A DNA stretch of 64,000 nt from a virus, in IMG/VR virus record IMGVR_UViG_3300012985_000010, positions 1-64,000 of that record; one strand, written 5' to 3'. Below, one piece after another: positions 50,117-59,102 of this stretch (the stretch's first letter is position 1; each line of letters opens with the position of its first letter). Position numbers and translations under genes: made by a program. The notes under the pieces are model-generated. The model searched no databases and was not told where the DNA came from. It saw only the letters and a list, made by a program, of their open reading frames with translations.

Positions 50117-52198
50117 TCATTGTAACACGGCTTCCTTCTCGGTCTCTAGAGGAATCTCGCAGTAATCGGTTGTGCAGAACTTCTCTCCGACCGCGTCTTC
50201 CTGTGGACCATTTAGGTAGAACGGTACGAGGCTCAACTTTGCAATCTGTGCAGATTCCTTTTCGTATTCAGCCTTGTCCGACCTTGTGTATGGCATCTGA
50301 GCGTACTGGTCGTTTGACTGCTTCAAGAATGAAACGGTCTTCAACTGACCCTCGAACATATGAATTACGCTCTCTACGTTGTCCCCATCGACATCATCGT
50401 CAAACGATAGCGTGACGGAAACAGCGTTGTCCGACCAGTATCTCTGAGCCGTTGCAGCGAGGTTAGCCTTTTCGAATAGACTGACCTCCGTGTCACTACG
50501 ACGTGCCTTTGAGTGAATCGGGAAGTAAACGACTGCGGTACCTACTGGGTCATTCTCGGCTGGTTCTACACGGTAACCGTGATCCCTAAAGCCCTGCACC
50601 ATCGGCTCGTCTGAGCGGAAGCGCACGGTCTGTAGGAAGTATTCACCGCCGGGGCTCCAATGAGCACCAGGAGAGACACCGGCCAACTTGGAGACGGTGC
50701 CTGATGGCTTTACGGTCGTCGTCTTGATTGACTGGCGAACACATAGCCATTCCGAGTAAACCTCGTCGTACTTCTGAATTGCGTCGTACCCAGCGTCCAT
50801 CCAGTCACGGAGGGCCGGTAGTCCACGGGTGTCAGCGAAGTCAGCAATACCACTCATACCAGTACCAATACGCCTGTTCCTCTGCATGATTGCATTGGTC
50901 TCAGGCCAGTGGGTAGGCAGAAGGGTGACCGTCTTTGCGTACAGGTACGCGAACTTTAGGGTACGAATGTAGTCCTCTACAGAGTCATGGCGGCTGATGA
51001 ACGTCTCTACGAGAGTACACATTTCACCAGACTCTAGTGGCTGCTCGGCGCAAGGGTTGTACCCGACTGCACGCCAGTCAGCGTTTGTGATTCCATCCTT
51101 GATACGACCGTACTGGCGGGTTACGTCCATCCAGAGGATACCGGGCTCGCCATTTGTGCGAATACGGTCAACTAGATGGCTGTAGTCCGAACCAACCTTG
51201 GCCTCGACAGAGTTGTTGGAAAGCCCACCCCATTCACGACGGTAATACGCCGGTCCCTGAGTGATGTACTCCCAGGTCTTAGGGTCCTGCTTGCCAAACT
51301 GCTTTGCGTCTAGGAAGTCCTCGTCGTCAATATGTCCAACGTACATTTCAGCACTACGACGAACGTTGCCAGCGACAACACAGAACCCAATCTGGTTCAT
51401 GATGTCAGCAATTGCTCGACGTGTTAGGTTCATGCCAACTAGTGCGTCAAGGACTAGACGAATCTGGTCGTGGAGTAGCATTAGCGACTCTGGACCGGAA
51501 GCGGTGCCACCGAACGTCTTGATCGGCTCACCCTTCTTCCTAATGTCGGAGTAGTCCATCTTCATGAGCCCCTTACCGGCGACTAGGTACGTGTTGATCA
51601 GGATACGAGTTGACTCGGCCCAATCCTCACGAGTATCTGCGATCTTGTAAACGAAGGTATCACTTGGGTCTGGCTTGTGGACGAGGAAGCCCTTATCGGC
51701 ACCCTTATCGTCAAATCCACATCCGACACCGAGCATGGACGCTTCCATTACCCACGCGAACGGGGCTCCTGGGTCATAACGTGTCATGTCATTCGTGCTC
51801 TTAAAGGCACAGTTCTGCAATGCTGCAGAGTTCTTCTGCTCGTTTACGAGCGGGGTGCCCATGACCCAAAGTCCTCGACCGGGTGGCGTCCACTTGAATG
51901 TGTAAAGGCGCTCGAACGCTTCCTGCGCTGAGGCCTGTGCCTTACGGTCGTTCCACGGAAGTCTATTCTCCTTGGCCCAATCCTTTTGGATCGAGTACAT
52001 GCCCTCGATGACGCGGCGGCAGACTTCGTACCACTGCTCCTTGGTTCCATCATCCTTGACCCTTGAATAGGTACGCATGAAGATGATCTCGCTAAAACTG
52101 TTTCCTGCTCCGTCTGTGAAACCCCAGTCTACCTCGCGGGTGACATAGGGCTCGATGAAACCTTCCGGCAGGCGGAAGGATAGTTGCAATTCACTCAT
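50117..52198 (-). CDS. nrdJ: Class II (adenosylcobalamin-dependent) ribonucleotide reductase
   Basis: 'PPGRGLW', 'NCAF', 'AGNVRRSA', 'NPCAEQ', 'TTVKPSGTVS', C-terminal CxxxxC; no beta subunit in the window. Confidence 0.9.
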   Translation of the reverse strand: MSELQLSFRLPEGFIEPYVTREVDWGFTDGAGNSFSEIIFMRTYSRVKDDGTKEQWYEVCRRVIEGMYSIQKDWAKENRLPWNDRKAQASAQEAFERLYTFKWTPPGRGLWVMGTPLVNEQKNSAALQNCAFKSTNDMTRYDPGAPFAWVMEASMLGVGCGFDDKGADKGFLVHKPDPSDTFVYKIADTREDWAESTRILINTYLVAGKGLMKMDYSDIRKKGEPIKTFGGTASGPESLMLLHDQIRLVLDALVGMNLTRRAIADIMNQIGFCVVAGNVRRSAEMYVGHIDDEDFLDAKQFGKQDPKTWEYITQGPAYYRREWGGLSNNSVEAKVGSDYSHLVDRIRTNGEPGILWMDVTRQYGRIKDGITNADWRAVGYNPCAEQPLESGEMCTLVETFISRHDSVEDYIRTLKFAYLYAKTVTLLPTHWPETNAIMQRNRRIGTGMSGIADFADTRGLPALRDWMDAGYDAIQKYDEVYSEWLCVRQSIKTTTVKPSGTVSKLAGVSPGAHWSPGGEYFLQTVRFRSDEPMVQGFRDHGYRVEPAENDPVGTAVVYFPIHSKARRSDTEVSLFEKANLAATAQRYWSDNAVSVTLSFDDDVDGDNVESVIHMFEGQLKTVSFLKQSNDQYAQMPYTRSDKAEYEKESAQIAKLSLVPFYLNGPQEDAVGEKFCTTDYCEIPLETEKEAVLQ

Positions 52199-52290
52199 AT
52201 ATGTATAAACTCCTCCAAAGTCCTCCTCAGAGGACTGACGTTTTCGATGTATACTTCCATCTTACCATCGGCAACTTACGGTTCAGAAAG

Positions 52291-53352
52291 TTACGAGAAT
52301 CTTTCGAGAAGATTCTTGAACGCAGTTTGCGTCAATGTCTTCCAGTCGTTTTCTTCATGAATATAGGGTGCCATCGTGTGTGTCAGGTGCGTGTAGTAAA
52401 CTCTGTTTTCAGCAAACTCTCGCATCTGGTGCTTCAAGGACTCGTAGTCTGGTTCGAACATCTTTCCTGGGTGAATGTCCTGCCACGGTGACTCTACGAG
52501 GTTGGTCTTTACTCTCAGTGTGCCCGGTAGCGCGTAGTCACACCAGTCGGTTGTCATGATCGTGGGGAGCCCGGTACCGAGAGCCTGCAAGGGGATGAAC
52601 CCGAAGCCCTCTCCCCATGATGGGTACACCAGGCAGTGCGCGCTCGCATATAGACCCTGCAATTCAGAGAGTTCCATATCACGCGTGATGACATGAACGT
52701 TGTTGATCAGATCATCCGGGCGGCGCACCATCTTTGCCTGATCGTAGTCTCGCACCAGTGACGATCCGTGACCCTTGATGATCAGCCTGTAGTTGGGATC
52801 ATCAGCAAATAGTTCCTTGAACGCTTCGAAGACCATTTGCCCACCCTTTCGTGGGGCTGGCTCTCCAATGTGCAGGAAGGTGATCGGACCCTTCATCCCA
52901 CGCTTGACCGGAGCCCATGCGTGATCTATTCCATGAGGGTAGACTAGACCAGGAAGGTCAACGCCTCCTTCGCGGAACCATCGCATACCGAGATGGTTTG
53001 TAGTCCAAAACTCGTCGCAGGTCTCGTTGATCATCTGAGGCCACAGTTCAAGGGGCTTAGACTCATCCTGGTAGCCGATGCTCATGCCAGCGATTCCGTT
53101 CGGGGCCTTCTGTGCAAAACTCGGGCCGGTCATGCCTGTTGACTCCCACGGTGTATAGCCAATAGTGTATTGACCATCGTAGTGAACGTAGTCCTGTGGC
53201 TGACAGAAGTTGAACATCACGTCAGCGGTGGGATCGTTAAACGACACCGGGATTCCAAGTTCGTTCAAGGTCTCTGTGATGTGCTTTGCGGCATACCAAA
53301 AGCCTTGACGTTCTGTGAAAATACCGTAATCGGTATGAAGTGAGACTCGCAT
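52291..53352 (-). CDS. Glycosyltransferase family 4 (GT-B), leaderless
   Basis: 'PHGID', 'RKG', 'PSWGEGFGFIPLQALGTGLP'; ATG 6 nt after TGGTACGAT. Confidence 0.88.
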   Translation of the reverse strand: MRVSLHTDYGIFTERQGFWYAAKHITETLNELGIPVSFNDPTADVMFNFCQPQDYVHYDGQYTIGYTPWESTGMTGPSFAQKAPNGIAGMSIGYQDESKPLELWPQMINETCDEFWTTNHLGMRWFREGGVDLPGLVYPHGIDHAWAPVKRGMKGPITFLHIGEPAPRKGGQMVFEAFKELFADDPNYRLIIKGHGSSLVRDYDQAKMVRRPDDLINNVHVITRDMELSELQGLYASAHCLVYPSWGEGFGFIPLQALGTGLPTIMTTDWCDYALPGTLRVKTNLVESPWQDIHPGKMFEPDYESLKHQMREFAENRVYYTHLTHTMAPYIHEENDWKTLTQTAFKNLLERFS

Positions 53353-53419
53353 GACTCCATCGTACCACGATGGTCACGGACTGGTTACGAGAAATTTCTC
53401 CCAACTTGACACAGGGTCG

Positions 53420-53570
53420 AATCAGTGGTCTCATAGAGAAGTGGTGGTGGTGATAACTAGATAAACACATTACTTAGATAAACCAATAACTTAGGATAAG
53501 GAAGTAAATACCATTAAGGAAGAAGATAACCGTTACTGGTTAAGAGTAGTTAATACCTATAGAGAAGAAC
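53420..53570. other. AT-rich, purine-skewed segment at the transcriptional strand switch (candidate origin)
   Basis: Repeats TAGATAAAC x2 and ACTTAG(G)ATAA; lies between divergent gene blocks. Confidence 0.4.
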
Positions 53571-53752
53571 GGCAGGATACCACACACTTTTTATCCTGTC
53601 CAAACGACTCGGATCACACCCCACTCTTCCCTCGTCTGGACGCAAATGACGACATTGAACTTTACTGCCTAGCCTGCGGTTGGACCGTCAAGCCTGGGTA
53701 TTACACACTCGTCCGACTAGAGCATGAAGTCTTTAACGTACCCTCTCCTTGA
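53513..53752 (+). CDS. Small zinc-binding protein (CPxxxxH...YCLAC) with an apparent ATT start, not in the ORF track
   Basis: 79-codon open frame with no ATG/GTG/TTG; ATT 8 nt after AAGGAAG. Confidence 0.55.
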   Translation: MKEEDNRYWLRVVNTYREERQDTTHFLSCPNDSDHTPLFPRLDANDDIELYCLACGWTVKPGYYTLVRLEHEVFNVPSP

Positions 53753-53798
53753 GAGTAGTGGGGTTGCCCCCGAATCCAGACTATGGTAGGGTAGTCGG

Positions 53799-54413
53799 AT
53801 GCTCATTCAGAGGATCGCCGGTTCTTTGTTGGTAGGAATCATCGCCGTAACAGGCGTGCCAGCACCGCAACCCGCCGTCGAACCCGCGATAGAGGTCACA
53901 CCCAAGGTGGTCGCGTCCACCAAACTGATTCCACTCGACGTGCTTAACGCACGGAGGGCAGCAGCAGAATTACGCGCGAGCCGCAGCCAGGCTCGGACAC
54001 CCAAGTCGACCGATCATTCGGTCAGGAAGGCACACAAGAATTCTAAGACGGTAGTGGTGCATCGCGCGCCCGCCGCCAAGAAGAAGGCAAAGAAGGTCAA
54101 GGTCTACAAGGTCAGCAGCGCGGGGAACCGTGCTCTGGGAAAGCGGCTCGCCTCGGCGCGCGGCTGGGGCTCTGGCCGTCAGTGGTATTGTCTAGAGAAG
54201 TTGTGGACAGAGGAATCTGGCTGGTCGACCACCTCGGATAACCCAAACTCCGACGCTTACGGAATTCCGCAGGCGCTTCCGGGGAGTAAGATGGGTAGAG
54301 GGTGGCGCACGAACGCTACCGTTCAAATTAAGTGGGGATTGAAGTACATCAGCGGGCGCTACGGCACCCCTTGTAGTGCGCTCTCCACTAAACACTCGAA
54401 GGGTTGGTACTAA
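53799..54413 (+). CDS. Secreted lytic transglycosylase-like protein
   Basis: N-terminal signal peptide, Lys-rich linker, 'CL..LW..ESGW...AYGIPQALP...QIKWGL.YI..RYG.PC.A....GWY'. Confidence 0.85.
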   Translation: MLIQRIAGSLLVGIIAVTGVPAPQPAVEPAIEVTPKVVASTKLIPLDVLNARRAAAELRASRSQARTPKSTDHSVRKAHKNSKTVVVHRAPAAKKKAKKVKVYKVSSAGNRALGKRLASARGWGSGRQWYCLEKLWTEESGWSTTSDNPNSDAYGIPQALPGSKMGRGWRTNATVQIKWGLKYISGRYGTPCSALSTKHSKGWY

Positions 54414-55127
54414 TTGAGCGACAGGGTTAACGTCCTTGATAAAGGATATGTCCGTTTGGTCAACGTCATGGGCGATGATCTCTCGGTAGTTAACGCTGCC
54501 CGCGTGTCGTATGACAAGGAGTCGGGGAGTTTCTCAGATAATGACGAGAGGCTCCTCGACTTCCTCATTCGTGAAGGACACACGTCTGTCCTCCGACACC
54601 AGGCACTTACATTTGAGGGCTACGCGCCCCTACTAGTCGCGCGGCAGTGGTACAAGCACACCATCGCAGCGACATACATTGACGACCAGAATGGATGGAA
54701 TGAGTCCTCTAGGCGGTACATTACGGAGAACGAAGAGTTCTATCTACCTGGGCCGGGAGATTGGCGTAGTAAGCCTGAAAACTCTAAGCAGGGTAGCGGT
54801 GAGAACCTTGATCCTGAGGTCGGATTCCACTGGACGAACTACCTAGAGTCATTCCAGGCCGAAGGTGAGAAACTGTACAAGCGTGCAATGGAAGCCGGAA
54901 TCGCGCCGGAGCAGGCAAGACTGTTCCTACTAGCCAATGGCCTATACGTTCGGTTCCGCTGGACTACCAGCCTTGCCGCTACATTGAACTTCCTGTCTCA
55001 GCGTACGGACTCACATGCACAATATGAGATTCAGCAGTATGCTGGTGCTATCGAAGGTTTCGTGGAGGGCGCGTTCCCGCTTACCTACCGGGCCTTTCAA
55101 AAATACGAAAAAGATGAGGTAGAGTAA
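54414..55127 (+). CDS. thyX: Flavin-dependent thymidylate synthase
   Basis: 'VNAARVSY', 'GHTSV', 'VARQW.KH', 'NESSRRY', 'APEQARL.L', 'HAQYEI'. Confidence 0.92.
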   Translation: MSDRVNVLDKGYVRLVNVMGDDLSVVNAARVSYDKESGSFSDNDERLLDFLIREGHTSVLRHQALTFEGYAPLLVARQWYKHTIAATYIDDQNGWNESSRRYITENEEFYLPGPGDWRSKPENSKQGSGENLDPEVGFHWTNYLESFQAEGEKLYKRAMEAGIAPEQARLFLLANGLYVRFRWTTSLAATLNFLSQRTDSHAQYEIQQYAGAIEGFVEGAFPLTYRAFQKYEKDEVE

Positions 55128-55375
55128 TGGATGTAAATGAATATGCTTATGCTGTGGAGCGCGCTGTCGAGGCTGCGATCACAGGCTCTAGCGCCTTCGC
55201 CCCTGTGCGTGCGCGTGACGAGGAGTTTACTGTGACGGTGGACCTGGCCCCTGATGACACTTCGGGGAAGTCGCGCTTACAGTTGACGTTCGACGTGGAG
55301 CCCGGTAAGATTGATTATGACACGAGTGATGTAACGGCTACGGTCGATTATGTCGTTGCGGATTATGAGTCGTAA
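55127..55375 (+). CDS. Hypothetical protein, paralogue of the next gene
   Basis: TAATG coupling; shares the 'Y.Y.V.R..E....GSSAF' motif with 55375-55629. Confidence 0.7.
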   Translation: MDVNEYAYAVERAVEAAITGSSAFAPVRARDEEFTVTVDLAPDDTSGKSRLQLTFDVEPGKIDYDTSDVTATVDYVVADYES

Positions 55376-55629
55376 TGGACGAGCACACTTATGGGTATCA
55401 GGTCTGTAGAGAGATTGAGCGCCGAGTCTCGGGCTCTAGTGCTTTCTTTCAGTACCGTGAGGCTAAGTCTGCCATAGAGTTCCAGGTGTTCTTTACCCAT
55501 CGTGGTGAGAAGTTGCGCCTTGACTACGAGATTGATAAGGGTCAGATGGTTGACGTAAAGGCAGAGGTCAATCGTATGGTTGGCTATATTGCCGCAGACT
55601 TAAAGGGGTGGAAGTCTAGTGACGACTGA
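55375..55629 (+). CDS. Hypothetical protein, paralogue of the previous gene
   Basis: TAATG coupling; shared GSSAF motif. Confidence 0.7.
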   Translation: MDEHTYGYQVCREIERRVSGSSAFFQYREAKSAIEFQVFFTHRGEKLRLDYEIDKGQMVDVKAEVNRMVGYIAADLKGWKSSDD

Positions 55630-56077
55630 GCAGATGGATGAGGTCGACGCACAGAATCAGTTGCGGGACCGCCTGCAGAAATTGAGATTCAATATGGTAG
55701 ATATAGCACTTGAAGATTTGGATGAGGTGAAGCCTACATTGAGTAAGGTGAAGTATACAACGAGTGGTAAGACGCTGGCTGAGATCGTAAAGGACCTCAG
55801 TGCGCTTTTGAACGCCGGTTTTGAGGTGGAGTTCTACATCGAGCCGGAAGCGATTGCAGCCCCTCCATATCACCCTCACCCGTATGGTCCTGGTGTTCGT
55901 GGTGGTATCTCTCCCGATACGCACATCATGAATCTGACTAGCGGGGTGGACAACCCTGAAAAAGTAGGTAGTGGTGATACGTTTATCGCCAATGTGTTTG
56001 TCCCTAAGACGGATGACACTGATATTGCTAAGGTTGTCGAGGATCACATTCGTCTCGGCTCCGCGAGAGGACACTAA
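55619..56077 (+). CDS. Hypothetical protein
   Basis: 152-aa ORF in a coupled operon. Confidence 0.6.
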   Translation: MTTEQMDEVDAQNQLRDRLQKLRFNMVDIALEDLDEVKPTLSKVKYTTSGKTLAEIVKDLSALLNAGFEVEFYIEPEAIAAPPYHPHPYGPGVRGGISPDTHIMNLTSGVDNPEKVGSGDTFIANVFVPKTDDTDIAKVVEDHIRLGSARGH

Positions 56078-56334
56078 TGTTTGACATTAACGAGGATGAG
56101 CCGAAGAAGTCTGAGAATCATTTGACGCCAGCGCAGGCTGCTGGTATCGAGTTGCTGGAACGCATCCATGACCTTCTGCTAATAAATCACATCGACCAGC
56201 AGCGTAACTACGACTTGCTGTTCGCAATTGCTACAGGGCAGTCTGCGGACGCTGTGAGTGCTATGTACGAGCAGCATGAAGCGGGTAAGGTTTTTGCTCC
56301 TGAACCAGCATTGGAGGAAGCAGATGGGTCCTAG
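56077..56334 (+). CDS. Hypothetical protein
   Basis: TAATG coupling; 'R.YD.L..I......H..G....P.P'. Confidence 0.65.
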   Translation: MFDINEDEPKKSENHLTPAQAAGIELLERIHDLLLINHIDQQRNYDLLFAIATGQSADAVSAMYEQHEAGKVFAPEPALEEADGS

Positions 56335-56590
56335 ATTTACGTTCAGAATCCGGCCCGGTGATAAAGAGGGCCAGGTATGGTGGGAAGTATATGACCTAGA
56401 AGAACGTCTAGACATGGTTATCGAGAGACTCCGACCTAATGAGAGCGCCGATGCTATGCTGAAAAGGGCTCAGTCTTGGGCTCAAGAGTTGTTAAGGTAT
56501 CACACACCCTACGTCGTTAGCCACCTTGATGAGGTTTCCGACAGACCATACGATGTATATGGAGAGATTGATGCCTTACACGATAAGTGA
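56324..56590 (+). CDS. Hypothetical protein
   Basis: GGAGG RBS before MGPRF. Confidence 0.6.
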   Translation: MGPRFTFRIRPGDKEGQVWWEVYDLEERLDMVIERLRPNESADAMLKRAQSWAQELLRYHTPYVVSHLDEVSDRPYDVYGEIDALHDK

Positions 56591-56747
56591 GAAGGATTAC
56601 CTGTTTAAGGACGGACATTCTGTCCGCTGTCCCTCCTGCGGAGGGCAGATCAAATACTTCTTCACACCGGGCAACGGTAATGGTTACACATTGCGTTGTA
56701 TGAACACGTTCTGTGACTTCACGTCACACGCTGTAACGGATTTCTAG
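56571..56747 (+). CDS. Small zinc-ribbon protein
   Basis: GGAG RBS; CPSCGG...CMNTFC. Confidence 0.6.
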   Translation: MPYTISEKDYLFKDGHSVRCPSCGGQIKYFFTPGNGNGYTLRCMNTFCDFTSHAVTDF

Positions 56748-56754
56748 GAGAAAT

Positions 56755-56958
56755 ATGCCTATCAAGATCATCACCTCAATGGAAACTCTCTTCCGTCTTG
56801 CCAGAGAACTAGGACAAGCACGTCTACGAGGTAATCCAGAGGAAATCGCAAGAGCAGAAGCATCACATAAGGCGTATGAGACTCTAGTATTGGAATCAGA
56901 CGAGATTATAGGCTTCCCAGGACTAGGACTACCGGGCCATGAGCGTAAAATCTCGTAG
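56755..56958 (+). CDS. Hypothetical protein
   Basis: AGGAG RBS. Confidence 0.6.
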   Translation: MPIKIITSMETLFRLARELGQARLRGNPEEIARAEASHKAYETLVLESDEIIGFPGLGLPGHERKIS

Positions 56959-57187
56959 AATCATCAGTTGTGGTGATCTCAACGACAATTTGATGTACAG
57001 AATCATCGTTGTAGAAGATGATCTTGTTGTTGATTGGTGGTACTCACCGAAAATCGACTTTAACATCCCCGAAGGACGTGTACGCTCCGATGTCGTCAGT
57101 CACGTCATACTCAAAGACTACCCATACTGGCTCCCACCCGATCCCCACGTCATCATCAAAGGAACATACCAAGATCATCTTTCATAA
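56939..57187 (+). CDS. Hypothetical protein
   Basis: ORF ending the ThyX operon. Confidence 0.45.
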   Translation: MSVKSRRIISCGDLNDNLMYRIIVVEDDLVVDWWYSPKIDFNIPEGRVRSDVVSHVILKDYPYWLPPDPHVIIKGTYQDHLS

Positions 57188-57300
57188 TTGACATTTTGCA
57201 AACTTTCGGTTAGATGTATGATCCAGCCATCCCTGCGAATTGTTGATCTTGATAGTGCGCCCATATTCTTTACCTTCCCGTTACCTAATCTGCCCGATTC

Positions 57301-57322
57301 TGTCAGTGTCCGATGATAGTCT
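57301..57322 (+). promoter_or_regulatory. PafBC/RecA-NDp-type promoter
   Basis: TGTCAG-TGTCCGATGA-TAGTCT matches TGTCRG-N10-TANNNT. Confidence 0.6.
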
Positions 57323-57357
57323 GACGGAGTCGGAAACACAGAGCGAGAGGAAACGAA

Positions 57358-57576
57358 ATGGTCAACATCGGAGAGCGGGTCACCGTTCACACGTTCGCAT
57401 GGCAGGGTCGAGAGGGTACTATCCTCGAAACCTTCCCGTCCGTCCCCTGCCCGTGGATGCCTAGCGTGTCCACCGTGGCTACCGTGCGCGTTCGCATTGA
57501 CGGACGCATGACCTACCGTGGCCGTGAGGATGACGTTATCGCACACGTCACTCTCGACTCTGTGAAGGGGATCTAA
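57358..57576 (+). CDS. Small hypothetical protein (SH3-like)
   Basis: GAGG RBS; first gene of the early-type array. Confidence 0.65.
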   Translation: MVNIGERVTVHTFAWQGREGTILETFPSVPCPWMPSVSTVATVRVRIDGRMTYRGREDDVIAHVTLDSVKGI

Positions 57577-57869
57577 TGTTCATCCTCACCGATACCTACG
57601 CTGCCCACAATTGGGAGCCTGAGATTGTCTACACGCTCCCCTGTAGGGGTCACGAATGCGGAACCCCTGTCCTAGTCATGGATGATGACTCCGATATCTG
57701 CCCCGACTGTGACGGGTGGGAGTCGGACGCTATGGCGGCAGGGTACGCTGCCTATGCCAACATGAAAGCCATGCGCGAGGATGACCGCTGCCCCGTATGC
57801 GGTGCCTACGGGATGATGAACCAGAACATGCGTTGCATGACCCTTGACTGTGTCATGGGTGACGCGTGA
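57576..57869 (+). CDS. Cys-rich hypothetical protein
   Basis: TAATG coupling; several CxxC motifs. Confidence 0.65.
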   Translation: MFILTDTYAAHNWEPEIVYTLPCRGHECGTPVLVMDDDSDICPDCDGWESDAMAAGYAAYANMKAMREDDRCPVCGAYGMMNQNMRCMTLDCVMGDA

Positions 57870-58087
57870 TTACCCTTCCGACCTCACCCGCCGCATGGGT
57901 GAGGGTAGGGGATAGGGTATTGCTGCCTAAGGCTACCCGCTATGTTCGCATTGTGAATGTCGAATATGCGGTTAGTGACATTCGGGATATCCGCGTGACA
58001 TATGCGGATATCAACACAGGAAAGGGTATTCGCACCCGGTCCATTCGCCGTAATGCGCGTGTCATTCTCTACCCTGAGGGGATCTAA
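57866..58087 (+). CDS. Small hypothetical protein
   Basis: GTGA coupling. Confidence 0.6.
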   Translation: MITLPTSPAAWVRVGDRVLLPKATRYVRIVNVEYAVSDIRDIRVTYADINTGKGIRTRSIRRNARVILYPEGI

Positions 58088-58179
58088 TGCGAATCACCTT
58101 TCGCGGATATGCGGTTATCGCATTCATCGGTTTCGCTATCGGATATCTCATTCCGATAACCTATTGGATCGGAGGGTAG
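58087..58179 (+). CDS. 30-aa single-TM peptide (MRITFRGYAVIAFIGFAIGYLIPITYWIGG), not in the ORF track
   Basis: TAATG coupling; hydrophobic. Confidence 0.55.
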   Translation: MRITFRGYAVIAFIGFAIGYLIPITYWIGG

Positions 58180-58190
58180 TTGCATAGGGG

Positions 58191-58240
58191 AAGGTTGCAC
58201 CTGCAAGTGTTTCCGACAGAACCTTTGCAGGTGCAACCTT
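58191..58240. repeat. 16-bp perfect inverted repeat (terminator-like)
   Basis: AAGGTTGCACCTGCAA (58191-58206) / TTGCAGGTGCAACCTT (58225-58240). Confidence 0.8.
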
Positions 58241-58386
58241 TGCCCGTGCAAGTAGTTGTGTCGCAAGCGACCCAAGACGTTTATGTTACGACAAGGGTTA
58301 AGTTTCCTGGGACTAGCGAGGCGCTACGTTCCCTTATATTATGATCGCCCCTTGATTCGTCAGGGTCTACATGCTAGGATGGGTAG

Positions 58387-58872
58387 ATGAGAAACACCAT
58401 TATCTTCGATATGGACGGTACCCTGTGCGACGTACAGGCAATCCGTCATTATGTGCGTGGGGACAATCAGAACTTCGACGCATTCCACAAGGCCTCCCTC
58501 TGGTGCCCACCCAACTACGATGTGCTCGAAGCAGCACAGGGTCATGCCTCTGACGGATACCACATCACCATCGTCACCGCAAGGGATGAGAAGTACCGTG
58601 ATGTCACAGAGGATTGGCTTGACAAGTACAAGGTCCCCTATGACGTTATGTACATGAGGCCCTGGGGAGACCGGCGCAAGGATCGAGACGTAAAGATCGA
58701 GATTCTCGAAGAGATCAGAGCCTCGAACCTCAACCCCGTACTTGCCTACGATGACAACCCCCATGTGATCGCCATGTGGAAAGAGCATGGAATCGACGTG
58801 GAGGTTGTTCCTGGTTGGGACGCGACACCTCTCGAAGAACTCGCCGGTATCTTGACACCCGACCACGTCTAG
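58387..58872 (+). CDS. HAD-family phosphatase (polynucleotide kinase/phosphatase 3'-phosphatase-like domain), leaderless
   Basis: 'IFDMDGTL', 'IVTAR', 'MRP.GD.R.D...K', 'YDD'; TTGATT-N17-TAGGAT ends 6 nt before the ATG. Confidence 0.85.
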   Translation: MRNTIIFDMDGTLCDVQAIRHYVRGDNQNFDAFHKASLWCPPNYDVLEAAQGHASDGYHITIVTARDEKYRDVTEDWLDKYKVPYDVMYMRPWGDRRKDRDVKIEILEEIRASNLNPVLAYDDNPHVIAMWKEHGIDVEVVPGWDATPLEELAGILTPDHV

Positions 58873-58886
58873 GGTAGGTTCGAGTC

Positions 58887-59102
58887 ATGCAGAACACACC
58901 GCTTGCCCGCATCGGCAACTACTCCATCTTCGAGACCGCCAATCCCAACATCTTCGAGGCCGTGAGTGACTACGGTCCCGTTACCAGGATCGCGGCTGTC
59001 AGGGAAGGTCACTTCGGGTACAGGTGGATCATCACTCGAACCCTTCGTCCCAACCCGGACAAGTTCCTGAACCTGTTCGACCTCATCCAGACTCTCCCTT
59101 AG
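58887..59102 (+). CDS. Hypothetical protein
   Basis: 71-aa ORF ending just before a cassette. Confidence 0.55.
   Translation: MQNTPLARIGNYSIFETANPNIFEAVSDYGPVTRIAAVREGHFGYRWIITRTLRPNPDKFLNLFDLIQTLP

Noticed and set aside
1972-52198. Inteins or introns in terL, dnaE, recA, dnaB or nrdJ; stop-codon reassignment
   Set aside because: All are uninterrupted, of ordinary length and lack intein motifs; TAA, TAG and TGA all terminate genes normally.
52199-52290. Cobalamin riboswitch or NrdR box upstream of nrdJ
   Set aside because: Leader is only ~60 nt with one small hairpin (AGTCCTC/GAGGACT); no B12 box or NrdR consensus seen.
52290-53393. GTTACGAGAA direct repeat flanking the GT4 gene as insertion-site duplication or extra cassettes
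   Set aside because: Only 10 bp, one copy overlaps the stop codon, and neither has the GC box at -23; chance cannot be excluded.
58263-58310. An additional cassette copy (TTACGAC at 58286, AGTTTCCTGG at 58301)
   Set aside because: GC box is too degenerate (GCAAGCGACC) and no promoter follows; possibly a relic, so not counted.
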